Shown piece by piece: positions 1 to 13,100 of a DNA stretch of 64,000 nt. The notes beneath the pieces were generated by a model. The model did no database searches. It saw nothing but the letters and a program-made list of their open reading frames with translations, and was not told the origin of the DNA. The translations under genes and the position numbers were made by a program. The stretch's first letter is position 1; each line of letters opens with the position of its first letter. The stretch covers positions 8,618,001-8,682,000 of the forward strand of contig CM120643.1 in assembly GCA_051362555.1 (NCBI GenBank), read 5' to 3'. The stretch comes from Lingula anatina. Lineage: Eukaryota > Animalia > Brachiopoda.

Positions 1-553
1 ACACGTGACTAAGGGCAAGTCTCACTCTTGCTGCTGGTAAGATCAGACCTCAAAATTTGTCGGAGAATTTTACTTCCAATGTTGCAAAAGAATTACCAGG
101 TAAGCACTCCGAATCTTACGCTTATTTTTATTCTTACATACAGGTACGTTGTCTCTTGTTCTTGCTTTCTCTCTTTCCATTTACTTTCTTTTCTCTTTCA
201 CCACATTTAATAATTACATCTATATTTTCATTTAATTTTCATTACGTAATTATAATTTATTAGCCTTATCGCATAATTATCTTTACTTTCCTAGTGTCGA
301 GTATCCCGGTGACTCCCTTTGCCTAAAGAAATTTCATGTACTAATTATTAAACGGAGCCAAAATGTCTCTCTAATTCTGTAGTATTATAATAACTCAAGT
401 GTCAGCGAAAGGTATTTCGGTTGCGCAACGTTGTCTGCAGTGTGTCAACCCGCACGTAGACTTTCCATAACCTAGTTACTGATCAGGTCCAACTTCCTGA
501 ACAAACATCCACCCGAAGATACGGCAGCGGCGAAGTTACTGTCAACGGGGAGC

Positions 554-3500
554 ATGGGCGCTGATGAGCTAGTATTTTTCGTTAATGGGAAGAAGGTATT
601 TCAAGTTTAATGCACGCTCGCGTAATTGTTGTTACCTACTACTGATCTTTCGATTACGTAAGGATTGTTTCTTTAACTGATCATAACTGTATTCACCGGA
701 CAAATACAGAATGCATACCTGAACTCATTTTACTTATTTTTCGTTAATGAAAAGAAGGTTTCTCAAATTTAACATACGTTCACGTACTTGTTGTAATCTA
801 TTACTGTTCTTTAGATTACATAAGAATTGTTACTTTAACTAACCATAACTGTATCCACTGGACAAAATACGGAATGCATACTTGACAATATTTAACTCAG
901 TTTTGGTTAAATGTTCATATTTTCAGCAACGACTACTGCACAGAACGGCAATTTCTACAGAACGTTTTTTTGCATAAGGGTGCAATGCGTACGTGATATA
1001 GGCATTTACGTTATATACGTACCAATAGCACTGCTTAAACTTGCAACATATCTATAATCTAATTCAAATAATTAATTGTTTACACTCCTAAATACGAGAG
1101 CTACCTGACTCGATAACAGATAAATTATAGAGGGCAGATTTCGTTAAATAAACATCTTTTTGCGAAACCCAGTGTGAAAGAAATTTCAATAACTGACTTC
1201 TGACTTCATAATTTATAGATAATAGAAAAGAATGCCGACCCGGAGACGACATTGCTGCAGTATCTGCGTGACATACGTATCCTTTTGGACGTGCAACATA
1301 CGGAACCATCTGTGCATAAAGTTATAACATAGCGTGAAATTGTTCTCATCGCACTTCGTCGTTTGCGAAACCATGATCAGTTTAGCTGACGGCACTCAGG
1401 AGAGACCCCACAGAGTTGGATCGGTTTACGTGGACCGATCGTGTCTGTGGGAATGTGCCCTTTCTCGTCTCTCTCTTTTCCTTGGTACAAATGTTTATCT
1501 GTCCTTTACTCCACGTATCAGTGCGTCTCCCTGGCACCAAACTTGGCTGTGGAGAAGGAGGGTGTGGTGCATGCACAGTGATGATATCAAAGTACGACCA
1601 GGAACAGGACGAAATATTGTATCCTTACACGTTACTGTTATTTCCATGGGTCTTTCCTATGAAACCTTTATGATAAGTTGATTTTATACAGATTTATTTT
1701 CCCTAACTGTTGACTTGTCATTATGCATCCAATGCGTGTCTTGTTCCAATATGCTCTCTCCATGGTCTCGCTGTCACTACAGTGGAGGGGATTGGTAGTA
1801 CGAAAACGAGGCTACACCCAGTTCAGGTATGGTGTGAAAAGGAAGAAGACGTACTATGAATAAAAATAAAAAATCATCCCTGATACATCTTTCATTCAAA
1901 ATCAACCGTACCGGTATGGTCAAATTGAAGTTGTATATAATGCTTTTAAAATATCATATGGCAACTGTAAACAGTAATAAGCAAATAATAAATTTTGAAA
2001 TTATACCGGTCTTCAAGAAAATTTAAATCACTGAGATCTTTCATAAAACCTTGCTTTACTTAAATTGCCATACTTAAATCACAGAACGGGGTAAAGCCGT
2101 ATGTTATGTTAGGAAGCTGTTTGTTATTTCTTTGATGACGATATCATTTGCCATCTAAGGAGATAATAGCCAAGTCCCACGGCACACAGTGTGGTTTCTG
2201 CACTCCAGGTATGGTGATGTCAATGTACACGTTACTAAGGAATAAGCCTAAGCCAACAGAGGAGGAAGTGGAAAGCATATTTCAAGGTACCGACTAAAAC
2301 CATGTATTCCAATCCTTGAACATCCGCGGCATAATACACAATGGTTATACATTTTAAAATTGAAATAGCTTGAATATCTTATTTTCATTGCGCAGTGCCC
2401 AAAGCGTGTGGATACATGTTAGTACTGAAGATGCATATAATAGTGATACAAGTCCATTCTTTTGAAAAGTGACTCTTCTCCTGTCCACGACTGATCATGC
2501 CGATTGTGATACTTATTGACCAGCTTACTGGAATTGTCATGTCATTCAGTCACACAGTTCTTGTTCCTGCCATCGAATGGGTGTGTAATTGAACATTAAC
2601 CCACGCTTTTAAAACGTCGATCCTTTCAGGAAACCTTTGCAGATGCACCGGCTACAGACCTATCCTTGAAGGGTTCAAAACATTCAGCAAAGACGGACCC
2701 TGTTGCATGGGATCCAAATGTTGCAAAAACCAGCTAAGTAACGAAGGACAGGTTCTTGGTGCCGCTGAACCATGCGAGTTTGTGCCCGTCGATAGAACAC
2801 AAGAACCAATATTCCCTCCTGAATTAAAAGTAAGCACAGAGATGTTTATTGTGAGAAATATTGAATTTACATTCCATCGGTCATGTCTAGTCAATTTAAT
2901 CCCGTGCCTTGTCTAGTCAACTGAACCCAGTGACGAACAATATTTAAATGCTACGGTGTGCAAAAAAAAATAAATGTTGCATAGTTAGACTATTTTGCCT
3001 TTTTTTACCTTTGCAGATTTCGAATGGGTTTGGGACAAAATTTTTAACTTTCAAGAGTGAGAGGGTTACCTGGTTACGGCCTGTGCTCTTGAAGGATCTT
3101 CTGGAACTGAAATTCAAATATCCCAATGCTAGGATTGTTATTGGAAACACAGCTGTTGGTAGGTGAAAAAGATTCTATTCCATCCCAATATCACATATCT
3201 TGTTGCATTTTGTAAAAATGCTTGTCTAAGTTAAAGAGGGTTGTATTTTAATGTATTCCAGTAGGCCGCATGATAGGGAATTGATAGACTCGTTTTGATA
3301 TGTATTGACAATACATATGGCCTTCTATATATGTGGGCAAAGAGGAAAAACGTAGATGGTGTTGAAGGCTTTGTTATCAAATACTTTGTCGTTAGTTGCA
3401 TCTCTTACAATGTGTCTTTGTGAAGGGCATAATGTGTTTTACTCTCTACCAGACTGCGTAACGTTAATTTTGTGCAAAAGTTCTCGCTGAACCTCTCTGT

Positions 3501-6500
3501 TTTACTGTCAAATAGAACCAATTATTTTTACCCAGTAGTAAACCCTTTGTCTTCACAGAACTTTTATCTCTGCGAAGTGCCCTCTGCTTAACGCACGTAG
3601 CGCACAGATGATCTGTCTCCACTCATGTCTGGTAAATAAGTCATGTGATTTGGAAGGGTTTTCCAAAACTGTGCCCATGAAAATCCTATCATTCAGTGGA
3701 GCTAGCAGTTTTAACTTCAAAGGTCGGAGCATTTAAATATCTTGATTGCCGTGAAAGGGACTTGTTGGGGACTTGCTCAGATTTCATCACAGGGTCACAG
3801 CGCAGAAATGTGTACACAATTTGGCTGGAAAATATATGTTAGTAACTAGCGATATATCAATCGTTGACCCTGGTATAGGTACGTTTGTTAGCATTTTTTG
3901 TATTCCAAACAGTTGTTCGTTTATGGATATTGTTCTACTAACCCAGGGTTGGATACAAAATACAGAAAAGCACATGCCCAAGTTATGATTGCTGCAACAC
4001 ACGTGCCAGAATTACATGAAGTCGCAGTGAGTGACACCGGGATCCAAATTGGTGGTGCAGTTACCCTTGCGAGATTTGGCGAGATTTTGACCGAAGCCAT
4101 CAAGAATACAACAGGTAGACAATACATGATGAAATACATTTTCAGTGCTTTTCTTTTAATACAGTATTCTATGAAAACTTTCATTCAGCTCCGAAGTGTT
4201 TGAAATTGTTTACACTTTGATAAAATGGTCAACGTGAATCCTCCTTAGGACGATATGTAACAAAAATAATTCTATGAATAAAAAATAACATTATTTATTA
4301 GGCATTTATAACGTTTTTATTAACTTTAGAAAGAGTGACCTTGGTGTTTTTTCAACTTCACTTTGGTATGTTGTAATCGAAACCAATGTCTTTGCAGAAT
4401 ACAAATCCAAGACCTTGGCAGCCATGCGGGGAATTATTACTGGGATTGCAGGACATCAAATTCGTAATGTAGCCGTGCGTCTCTCAGCTGTTTGTTTTTC
4501 GATTTATATTGTATGACAAACACGTGCATTTTTTTTAGAAAAAAACTGCCGTAAACGATAACAGATAAGCAATATTACCCAGAAAGAAACAATGCTATGT
4601 ATTGCAAGAACACCCACAACAAGATGGGTCTCTTTTGACACAATTACCAGTAAAAGATACGTAAGCCGACAACCTGCCCTATTTCATATATAAAAACCAA
4701 CGATACAATTGAAAACCAATTTGATTTCAGTCTTTGGCTGGAAATATTTTGTGGGCACATCACCATTCTGACCTCGTTCCTCTCTTCATGGCTACAGGAT
4801 CCACGATAACCCTGATATCGAAAGGTACATGTAATGCAGTCTCCTCACACACCTTATGGGTTCATGCTTAGGACGATAACTATCTTCTTGCTCGGAAACA
4901 TTTTCAATTATGGTAGGGCCTATATGTATATACCACTATTGACATGAGTGCTGTCATTTTGAAGAGAAGCGTTCTATGCGTTTAGTGAACGCCAACAAAA
5001 ATATTGAGTTCTGTTTTTTCCAGTTACGTAGTGCTTTAAGGATATTGTTACCCTTCGCCAAAATCTCATTATTCACTGCCTTACATACATTATTTTGGAT
5101 AACAGATAAATCTTCTTCTATCCTTAGGAATTTGCTTCTGTGCATGATCAGAATATATATTTCAATGAATATTTTTATGTACATATAATTAAATTTTGAT
5201 TTTAGAGGGTGGCCAGAGAAATGCTCTTTTAGACAACACTTTTTACACCAGGCGCGGAAATTGGAATATTAAACCGGATGAGATTGTATTGTCTGTTTTC
5301 ATCCCTTTTTCCAGAAAGGTCAGCCATATTTTTGCCTTATCAAGTTATAAAGATACAATTTGATAGATTTTCGCAGTTTGCAGCTTGCGATAAAATTATC
5401 ATGATGCATTGAAAAGGGCGATTCTACCGTTATACAAGACATAATGGCTTATTTATCTATATTTTGTCAGTGTGAATGTTGTTTTTGAATTAAGTCATAC
5501 TATGACTTACATGCATGTGATTGTTGAAGGTGGAAATTTTTAAGATCAATTTAAAATACGATTAAAATTTTCCAGAATGAATTTGTGTTTGGATACAAGC
5601 AGGCACAGCGCAGAGAAAATGCAGCAGCAATAGTGAACGCTGGGATGAGAGTCCTATTTGAAGATGATACCGATATTATTAAAGAAATGTCAATTGCCTT
5701 TGGTGGCATGTCTGAAACATCTTCTTTGGCCCTAACAACAGCTAAGAGAAGTGTTGGAAGGTACTGACGTGGTTTCTTAACTAAGGCCTACATATGAAAA
5801 ACTACGAGTAGATACGGGACAGACCAATAATAGTTTTAGTTACTGCGCAATTTAATGCTAAGCCCACTCTTTCATGTATAAAATAAACAGGTGAAAATGT
5901 ATACATTAGACGGGTTTGCTTTTTATTACAAATGGAAAATGTATGTTATGACCAAGGCTGTATACATTTTCTTATAATTTTCAGGTATCCCATTTTTGAC
6001 GTTGCTGAGAAAACGTCAGAAATTTCTCAAAGAGGTTTTTTCTACTAATCATCTGTTTTGCATAGATCCATTTGAATTTGCGACTGACCTTTATTTAGTC
6101 TCTGCAGATATGTCAGTCTTGCTGTCTAGTTATAACATTATTTTTTGTTAATTTGCCCTTTCTTGAGTCAGATTGACTGCGAACTAAATTGTGTTAGAAT
6201 AACCTGTAAATTTTTCAGAAAATGGGAAGATCAGCTAACATCAGATGTAGTCCAATGGCTGGCGGAAGACTTTCCTTCATCACCAGAGGACATTGGTGGT
6301 CAGATGCCCTACAAGAGAGCATTGGCATGCAGTTTCTTTTTCAAGTTTTTCCACAGGGTACAATTAGAATTGCGCAAAGGGGTACATTTATAATTTCTTA
6401 CCTACATGTACAAATTTGTAGCTGGTCAAAGTAACTAGTTTGAAAAGAAATCTAGTTAAAGGGCAAAATATGTGCTACGCAGTTAGTTAAGTAAAACACC

Positions 6501-7089
6501 AACACCATTTGCATTTTCTATTTTCTGTTTGTTGTTATCAATCTTTTAATATTAAAAATATTTTAATATCGAAATTTAAAAAAAAACAGACATAAAAACA
6601 AAGTGGACATACAATTACAAATTGAAAATAAATCACTGTTCAACAGAATTACTTAGCACGCATGTATTTCATGACTTAATAAAAAACGATTAAAGCAGTT
6701 TAGCAAATTAAGCTATTCAATTTACAACCCCAAATCCATTGTACATTTCAGTCTGGGATGGAAGGTGCAACAGTTTCACCCCGGCACACACTGGCACTTC
6801 CTAGCCTGACACGTAGTATCAGCCGAGGTACACAGGTGTTTGAGGAAGTCCCTCCTGACCAGCCAAAACACGACGCAGTTGGACGCCCACTGCAGCACAG
6901 GGCAAGCTTGCAACACGCCACCGGAGAAGCTCAATATTGTGACGACATGCCACTGGTTGACGGTATGTTTTGCAGCTCTCGGTTGTATGTGGTGATTTTT
7001 CTTTCAGAATTTGAAGATTATTTTAATTAAACTGGGGTCAACACCACGTTTTATTTCGACCCCCGGTCAGGTCATTTACCGGTGCAAAG

Positions 7090-7122
<33 letters not shown>

Positions 7123-10100
7123 GTCTATCTATCTATCTGTGTTTCACATTTGAGTAGGTGAGTTGCACTTGGCATTGGTGACCAGCACCAGAGCCCACGC
7201 CAAGATCCTCTCCATTGACACTAGTGAAGCACTTGCTTTGCCTGGAGTAGAGGCCTTCTTTGGCCACATGGATGTACCAGGTTCCAATATAAGGATAGTT
7301 CTGTCAACTGGGGAGGAGATTTTTGCTTCAGAGGAGGTAAGGTAGTGGTATACTTATACATGTACCCGGTAGATTGTTGAAACGACTACTTATTTGGGAC
7401 TTGTGTGTATGCATTTCACAAAAATATTTTTTCTTTCAAAAGTCTATTTTCTCTGGATTAGTTTGTATTGCTGAAATCGGGCAGCCTGTGATGTAGAGTC
7501 GACTATGGGCCAATGGTTAAAGAGCATAGATTGATGACTTCAATGAAAGTAAAAACCATCATTGCACTACTATGTACAATTCGCGTAGAATCAAGGAGGG
7601 GCTTGAGAGGGGGGGTTAATCCCATATTTTTTACAGACACTTGCAATGTAATTAATCAACACAACGGGAATTAGTCTTGTTTCTGATTAGTTCGCCTCCC
7701 ATCTTAAAATTTGCTCCCTACAGTCCTGTACTTCAATATTGTAGGTGACGTGTTATGGCCAGGTGATAGGTGCCATAGTGGCTGACACCAAGACGCATGC
7801 GCAGAGAGCAGCGAAGGCCGTAAAAATTGAGTACGAAGACCTTCCAACAGTGTTCACAATAGAGGTAACATATCATGGAAGTAATTAAGAATTCATATTT
7901 ATGGTTAATGAATGTCTCTTTGGATATTGTAGTAAAAACAAAGTGAAAATAAGCCTACTTTTTGAACTACAGTAACTTTTTCATCACTTAGCATTACCCT
8001 TAGCAAAATGATAAATTTAGAACAATATTGCAGCAAAATTGCTGCAAACAAAAAGTTTGCGTCAACGAGTTTGCAGCAGGTTGCAAGAAATAATTTGTTG
8101 CTGCTAGTTTGCAGCATTATTGCAGCAAATTTACTGCAGATTTGCAAGAAAGAATTAATTGTAGTATGCAGCAATGTTGCAGCAAATTTGCTGCAGTATG
8201 TAATTTAGGTTTAAAAATTAATAGACGGCCAATTTATAGGAAGCAATTGCCAAAGAGTCTTACTACCCACACGAAGCGAAGGCTCTCATCAAGTCAGGTG
8301 ATACAGAACGTGGCTTTGAGCAGGCTGACCACATCTTAGAGGGGGAGATCAAAGGAGGGGGGCAGGAACATTTTTATCTGGAGACTCATGTGGCGAGAGT
8401 CGTACCTAGAGGAGAAGATGGAGAAATTGAAATATTTTGTAGTACGCAGTCTCCGTCCACTGCTCAGGTAATGTTACAACCCGCCTCTCAATACTTACCG
8501 TAATCGTGACGTGTTCTTAACAGGATTGCACTTTGGACTACAGTTACTATTTGTTGTCATAGGCCGCACTCTTTATATACTATCTAGAAAACGCTGGAGT
8601 TAATGGTTTTGTGCATGTACAGGAGTCAACAATAAAATTTATTTTGTCTATATGTCTATATCTGCTTTATTCTTACATTTCTTGAAGGCAATTGTTGCTA
8701 GAGCCCTTGGCTTACCGATGAACAGAGTGTGTATCAGGACAAAAAGGCTAGGTAAATATTCAAGACGTGTAAGTCCTCAGACCGACGTCAATAACTTTTC
8801 ACTTGGATAGAGTATTTGATCTTTAGTCACATTCTGCGTAAACATAGCTGTTCTTAGCATACACGTGGAAATCCAATGGTATGGTGCACCGTGTTTGTGA
8901 CATGCGCATGTTGCATCTATCCTGTGACTTTATGAAACTTGTTTCATTTTGGAACTTTGTGGCAGAGCTATTTTGGAATTTGTATCTCTACAGGTGGGGG
9001 TTTTGGAGGAAAGGAAACCCGTTATGTGACTCTGATACCAGTAGCTATTGCTGCTTTCAAGTGAGTGGAACCTGGCTTTTATATCCAATTTTGCCGCAAG
9101 TTTCGATTCGCATTCAAAGCTTGTTAAAATGTGAAATGGCGTAACCAATTATCCCGTACACTCTACACAGATGTTCAAGTTGGGAATCAAATAAAATGAA
9201 ATAGAGAAGACACTATGCAAACCGACACTATGTGTAATATCACGTCAGCGTGTGATTTGTTGTTTTACATGCATACACAGGTTGAACCGGCCAGTCCGTG
9301 GTATGTTGGATAGAGACGAGGATATGCTGATATCAGGGGGACGACATCCTTTCCTTGGAAAGTACAAGGTATGTTGCCATTTGTTTAGAATCTACCTCAG
9401 TTGTTAGCTGAATCCACCGTCATTTTGGACTCGGAAGGACTTCTTTTAAGTTTCAAATATTTACCCTCTGACCTACATGCACGAGTAAAAAAAAATTCTG
9501 TGTCAAAATATTGAAGATATCATGTATACCTTGGTGTGTATCAGACAATGTTGCTGATTTTTTTGTAGTGTTTTGATGAATTTCAGGGGTATTTAAGCAA
9601 CTCAAATAATTACCTTTTGTTGTGAAACAACTGGTGTGATTCATTTCATAAATAAATGAAATGATACAAGCAGGAATTGTTTTTATCTTGTCTTTCATTG
9701 TCACGAATCGAAATGCTCGTTTTAGGTTGGCATTGACAGCGTTGGTCGTTTCAAAGCCTTGGAGGCCACAGTTTTCTTGAATGCAGGAAATACTTCTGAT
9801 ATGTCACCGGAAGTGAGTTCAAACTCCTGAATGTTTTCTATATTTATTGCAAGATACTGATCACAAAAGGAAATGCATACATGTAAATGACTACAAAATA
9901 AGTGTGCTATGTTTGTATACACGATTGTATAAACTTGTATACACTTTTGTATACACAGTTTGTATACACTTTTTTGTGCTACAGGTCGTCAGTGCATCAC
10001 TATACTGTTTTGACAACTGTTACCATATTCCAAACACTGTACTAACTGGTATCCTGTGTAAGACCAACTTGCCCTCAAACACGGCATTCAGGGGGTTTGG

Positions 10101-13100
10101 TGCCCCTCAGTCAATGCTGGTCATGGAGAATATAATTGAAGATGTCGCCGTCAGTCTGAATATTCCCTCACACAGGGTAGGTATAAAATGTAACAAATAT
10201 ATGTTTAAAAAAAAAAGCGGGGATTTTTACAGGAAGACCTTACTTATCTTGTGCTCTGTTCCACATCCAGAGTTATCACTTTTATCACACAGATTTAACT
10301 TGGTTATTTGGGATATTTACAGTAGTTATGCTTCCCTTATTCACATTACGACACCGTAAACTGTTTATTGTAACTGGATCAGGCCCTAAACTCTGCTTTT
10401 GACTAACCCAGTACGAACGTACAACTATAATGATATTAATTGTATTATAACCTTAATATTTTACGCAATATAACCATTCAATATTGTTTTCATTTGTTGA
10501 AGGTCCGTGAGATAAACATGTACAAGGAAAATGACCTAACGCCAAAGGGTATTCGACTGATAAACTGTGCTATAGACCGATGCTGGAATGAAGTCATCGA
10601 GCAGAGTGGATTTTGTCATAAAAAAGAAGACATTGCCCAATTTAACAGGTAATATAGCATCAAAAATAGCATAATCGCCTTTAAAAGTACTCCACATTAG
10701 GCACAGCAGTCGAGTGATAATCAAAGGGTTTGGTAGAACGCTAGGGGAAATCAGTGTGGATTCCTGTTGAGGAGACATAAAGTTGTAATGTTTAGCGATT
10801 ATTTGCTCCATTTTTACAGAGGCGGTCTTTAAAAGCGTTGCCACAGTGTCTTTTGTTACGTTTTACCGCTGCATTTGATAATCTTGATCAATTATGACAT
10901 AAGTTGCAGATTTATTTGGAGAGCAGTCTAAGTCAATTGACACACAACTACATATTTTTGGAGTAACGGATGGATTTAAAATGTACAGTAGATTATATTA
11001 TAACTGGCTTGAAATTTGTTGGTATGAGTAGGGACTACCTCCATACTGTCTGCATTTTCAACCGGTCGCTGAAACGGTCTGAAGAACTATCGACATCATT
11101 ATATTATATTTTGTTGGATCTACATGAACCTTAGATTGCGTCAATTTCGTAACACTAAACTAAAAGATATATTGTGCTTTATCTGGTCAGACTTCAAATG
11201 ATCTAGCTGTATTTTCACCTAGGACTGCTCAATATTACAGAATAATTAACTTTGATAAAAATCAATAACACAATGAAATTTTCAAGGTTAACTCTGCTTT
11301 CAGAGACAACCGATGGAAGAAGCGCGGAGTTAGCTTGATTCCAACCAAGTTTCTGATTTCTTTTTATAATAATCGATTTCTAGAACAGGTAGATGAATCT
11401 ATAGAATGTCCCCTTATGTCATTACACTGGTACTTGTCTCTCAGTATATTTTTAATATATTAATCTATTTTTTACATGCGCATTATAGGTCACGTTAAGC
11501 AGCCCTTTTTGCGTATTTAGTTTTGTTAGTTTATTTTATTTTCGATACTAAATAGCATATTCAAATAAGATGTCCTTTTCGGTTATTATGCTTATAAATA
11601 AATATTGTACTTTAAAAGCGACTGATATAGACTATAGACATTGTCTTACAACTTATCTCATTCTGTCTGATTACTAGGGAGCAGCACTTGTTCATGTGTA
11701 CCAAGAGGACGGTTCAGTTCTGATAACACATGGTGGTGTAGAGATGGGACAAGGATTGCACACTAAGATGATACAGGTAGACGATATATAAGTTGCAGAC
11801 TTCCCGGTAGTATACCCATGAATGCATGCTTTTGCTTTGTTTTTTTTAATAAACAGGAAAGGTTCGTCGGTTGTAAGGCAGTGTAATGGGTATTTAGGCA
11901 ATTTAGAGTGTAGTGAGTTTGGTGCCATCAAATTGATAGACTGATAATGATGAGATTATACTGACATTAGTTTTACTTAAATTTCCTAAGTTTTTGGGCT
12001 TGACTAATATCGATTTAAATTTATAGACGCATTCGCTAGATTGTTCTACGAGTGTTAAACAAAGAATCTGTTCAAAATAAATGTAGTTGGCATACCTTAA
12101 AGTAACTATGACCACTGAGACAAAGGCGATTGTTAAGACTTATATTTTCTCTTTATGTTGATTTAAAAGAAGGGAAAAGCTGCCTTCTAGATTCTTTGTG
12201 AATCGCAAGTCGGTTAAAGACAAAGCACTTAATTTTCTGCAGGGTTCAATAAAGGGCACATCCCCCTAATCGCCTACCCCCACTCAGAGGTATATATTTT
12301 CGGCATCGAACGTAGGTCGAGATTGGGGTACGCATTGTGCTTCTTGGGACCTCTACCCATTCTCATATTTTGGGGGAAAGAGATTGTAATCCCCATAATA
12401 TTTTGGATCCACTCCTGGTATTCATATTATTATCGACACATCATTATAAAGGTGGTATTACCCTTCAAGGTTGCCAGTCGAGCATTACAGGTCCCAGTCC
12501 ACAAGTTCCACATCAATGAAACCACCACCAGCTCTGTTCCTAACACCACTGTCACAGCTGCCAGCACAGGATCGGATCTCAACGGCATGGCTGTATTGGT
12601 GAGTTGAAACTGTGGGGCCGTGTACATGTACATCTATAGACTGAGCAAAGTGCTTGGGAACAGTTAATGAAGGCCTACTGCGCATGCAAGCGCGGCGTTT
12701 GAACTACATGTGCTAATAGACGTCGTTTAAAGGAAAAAAACAGGAAAAGGCTAAGGCTTATACCCTTTTTATGTACAGACACAGATGTGTCTGTACATAT
12801 GGCCGTCACCGATAACACCATAAGTGAAAAAGCGTTTTAACTTTTGGCTTGAAAATTACAGAACTGATGAATATTCATAACATGCAGGCCAAGTTCGAAA
12901 ATCAGCCTGATCGGGCCATTTTTATGGAAGTTATGTTGTTTTTTCACTTTTTTCAGCATGTGTGCAACACTGTTAACACGATAAGTGAAAAAACGTGTTA
13001 CCTTTTGGCTTAAAACTTACAGAACTGATGAATATTCATAAAATGCAGGTCAAATTCGAAAATCAGCATGATCGGACAATTTTTATGGAAGTTATGCTGT

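Noticed and set aside
1-553. Coding N-terminal extension of XDH through the donor at 100 and the acceptor at 486
   Set aside because: 487-553 is open in frame, but the joined upstream frame has TAA at 38-40 and no ATG after it. At most this is a 5' UTR exon.
1692-1717. Canonical AG acceptor for XDH exon 4, or selenocysteine/readthrough at TGA 1711
   Set aside because: Splicing at 1691 is out of frame with the conserved downstream peptide even if the TGA were read through.
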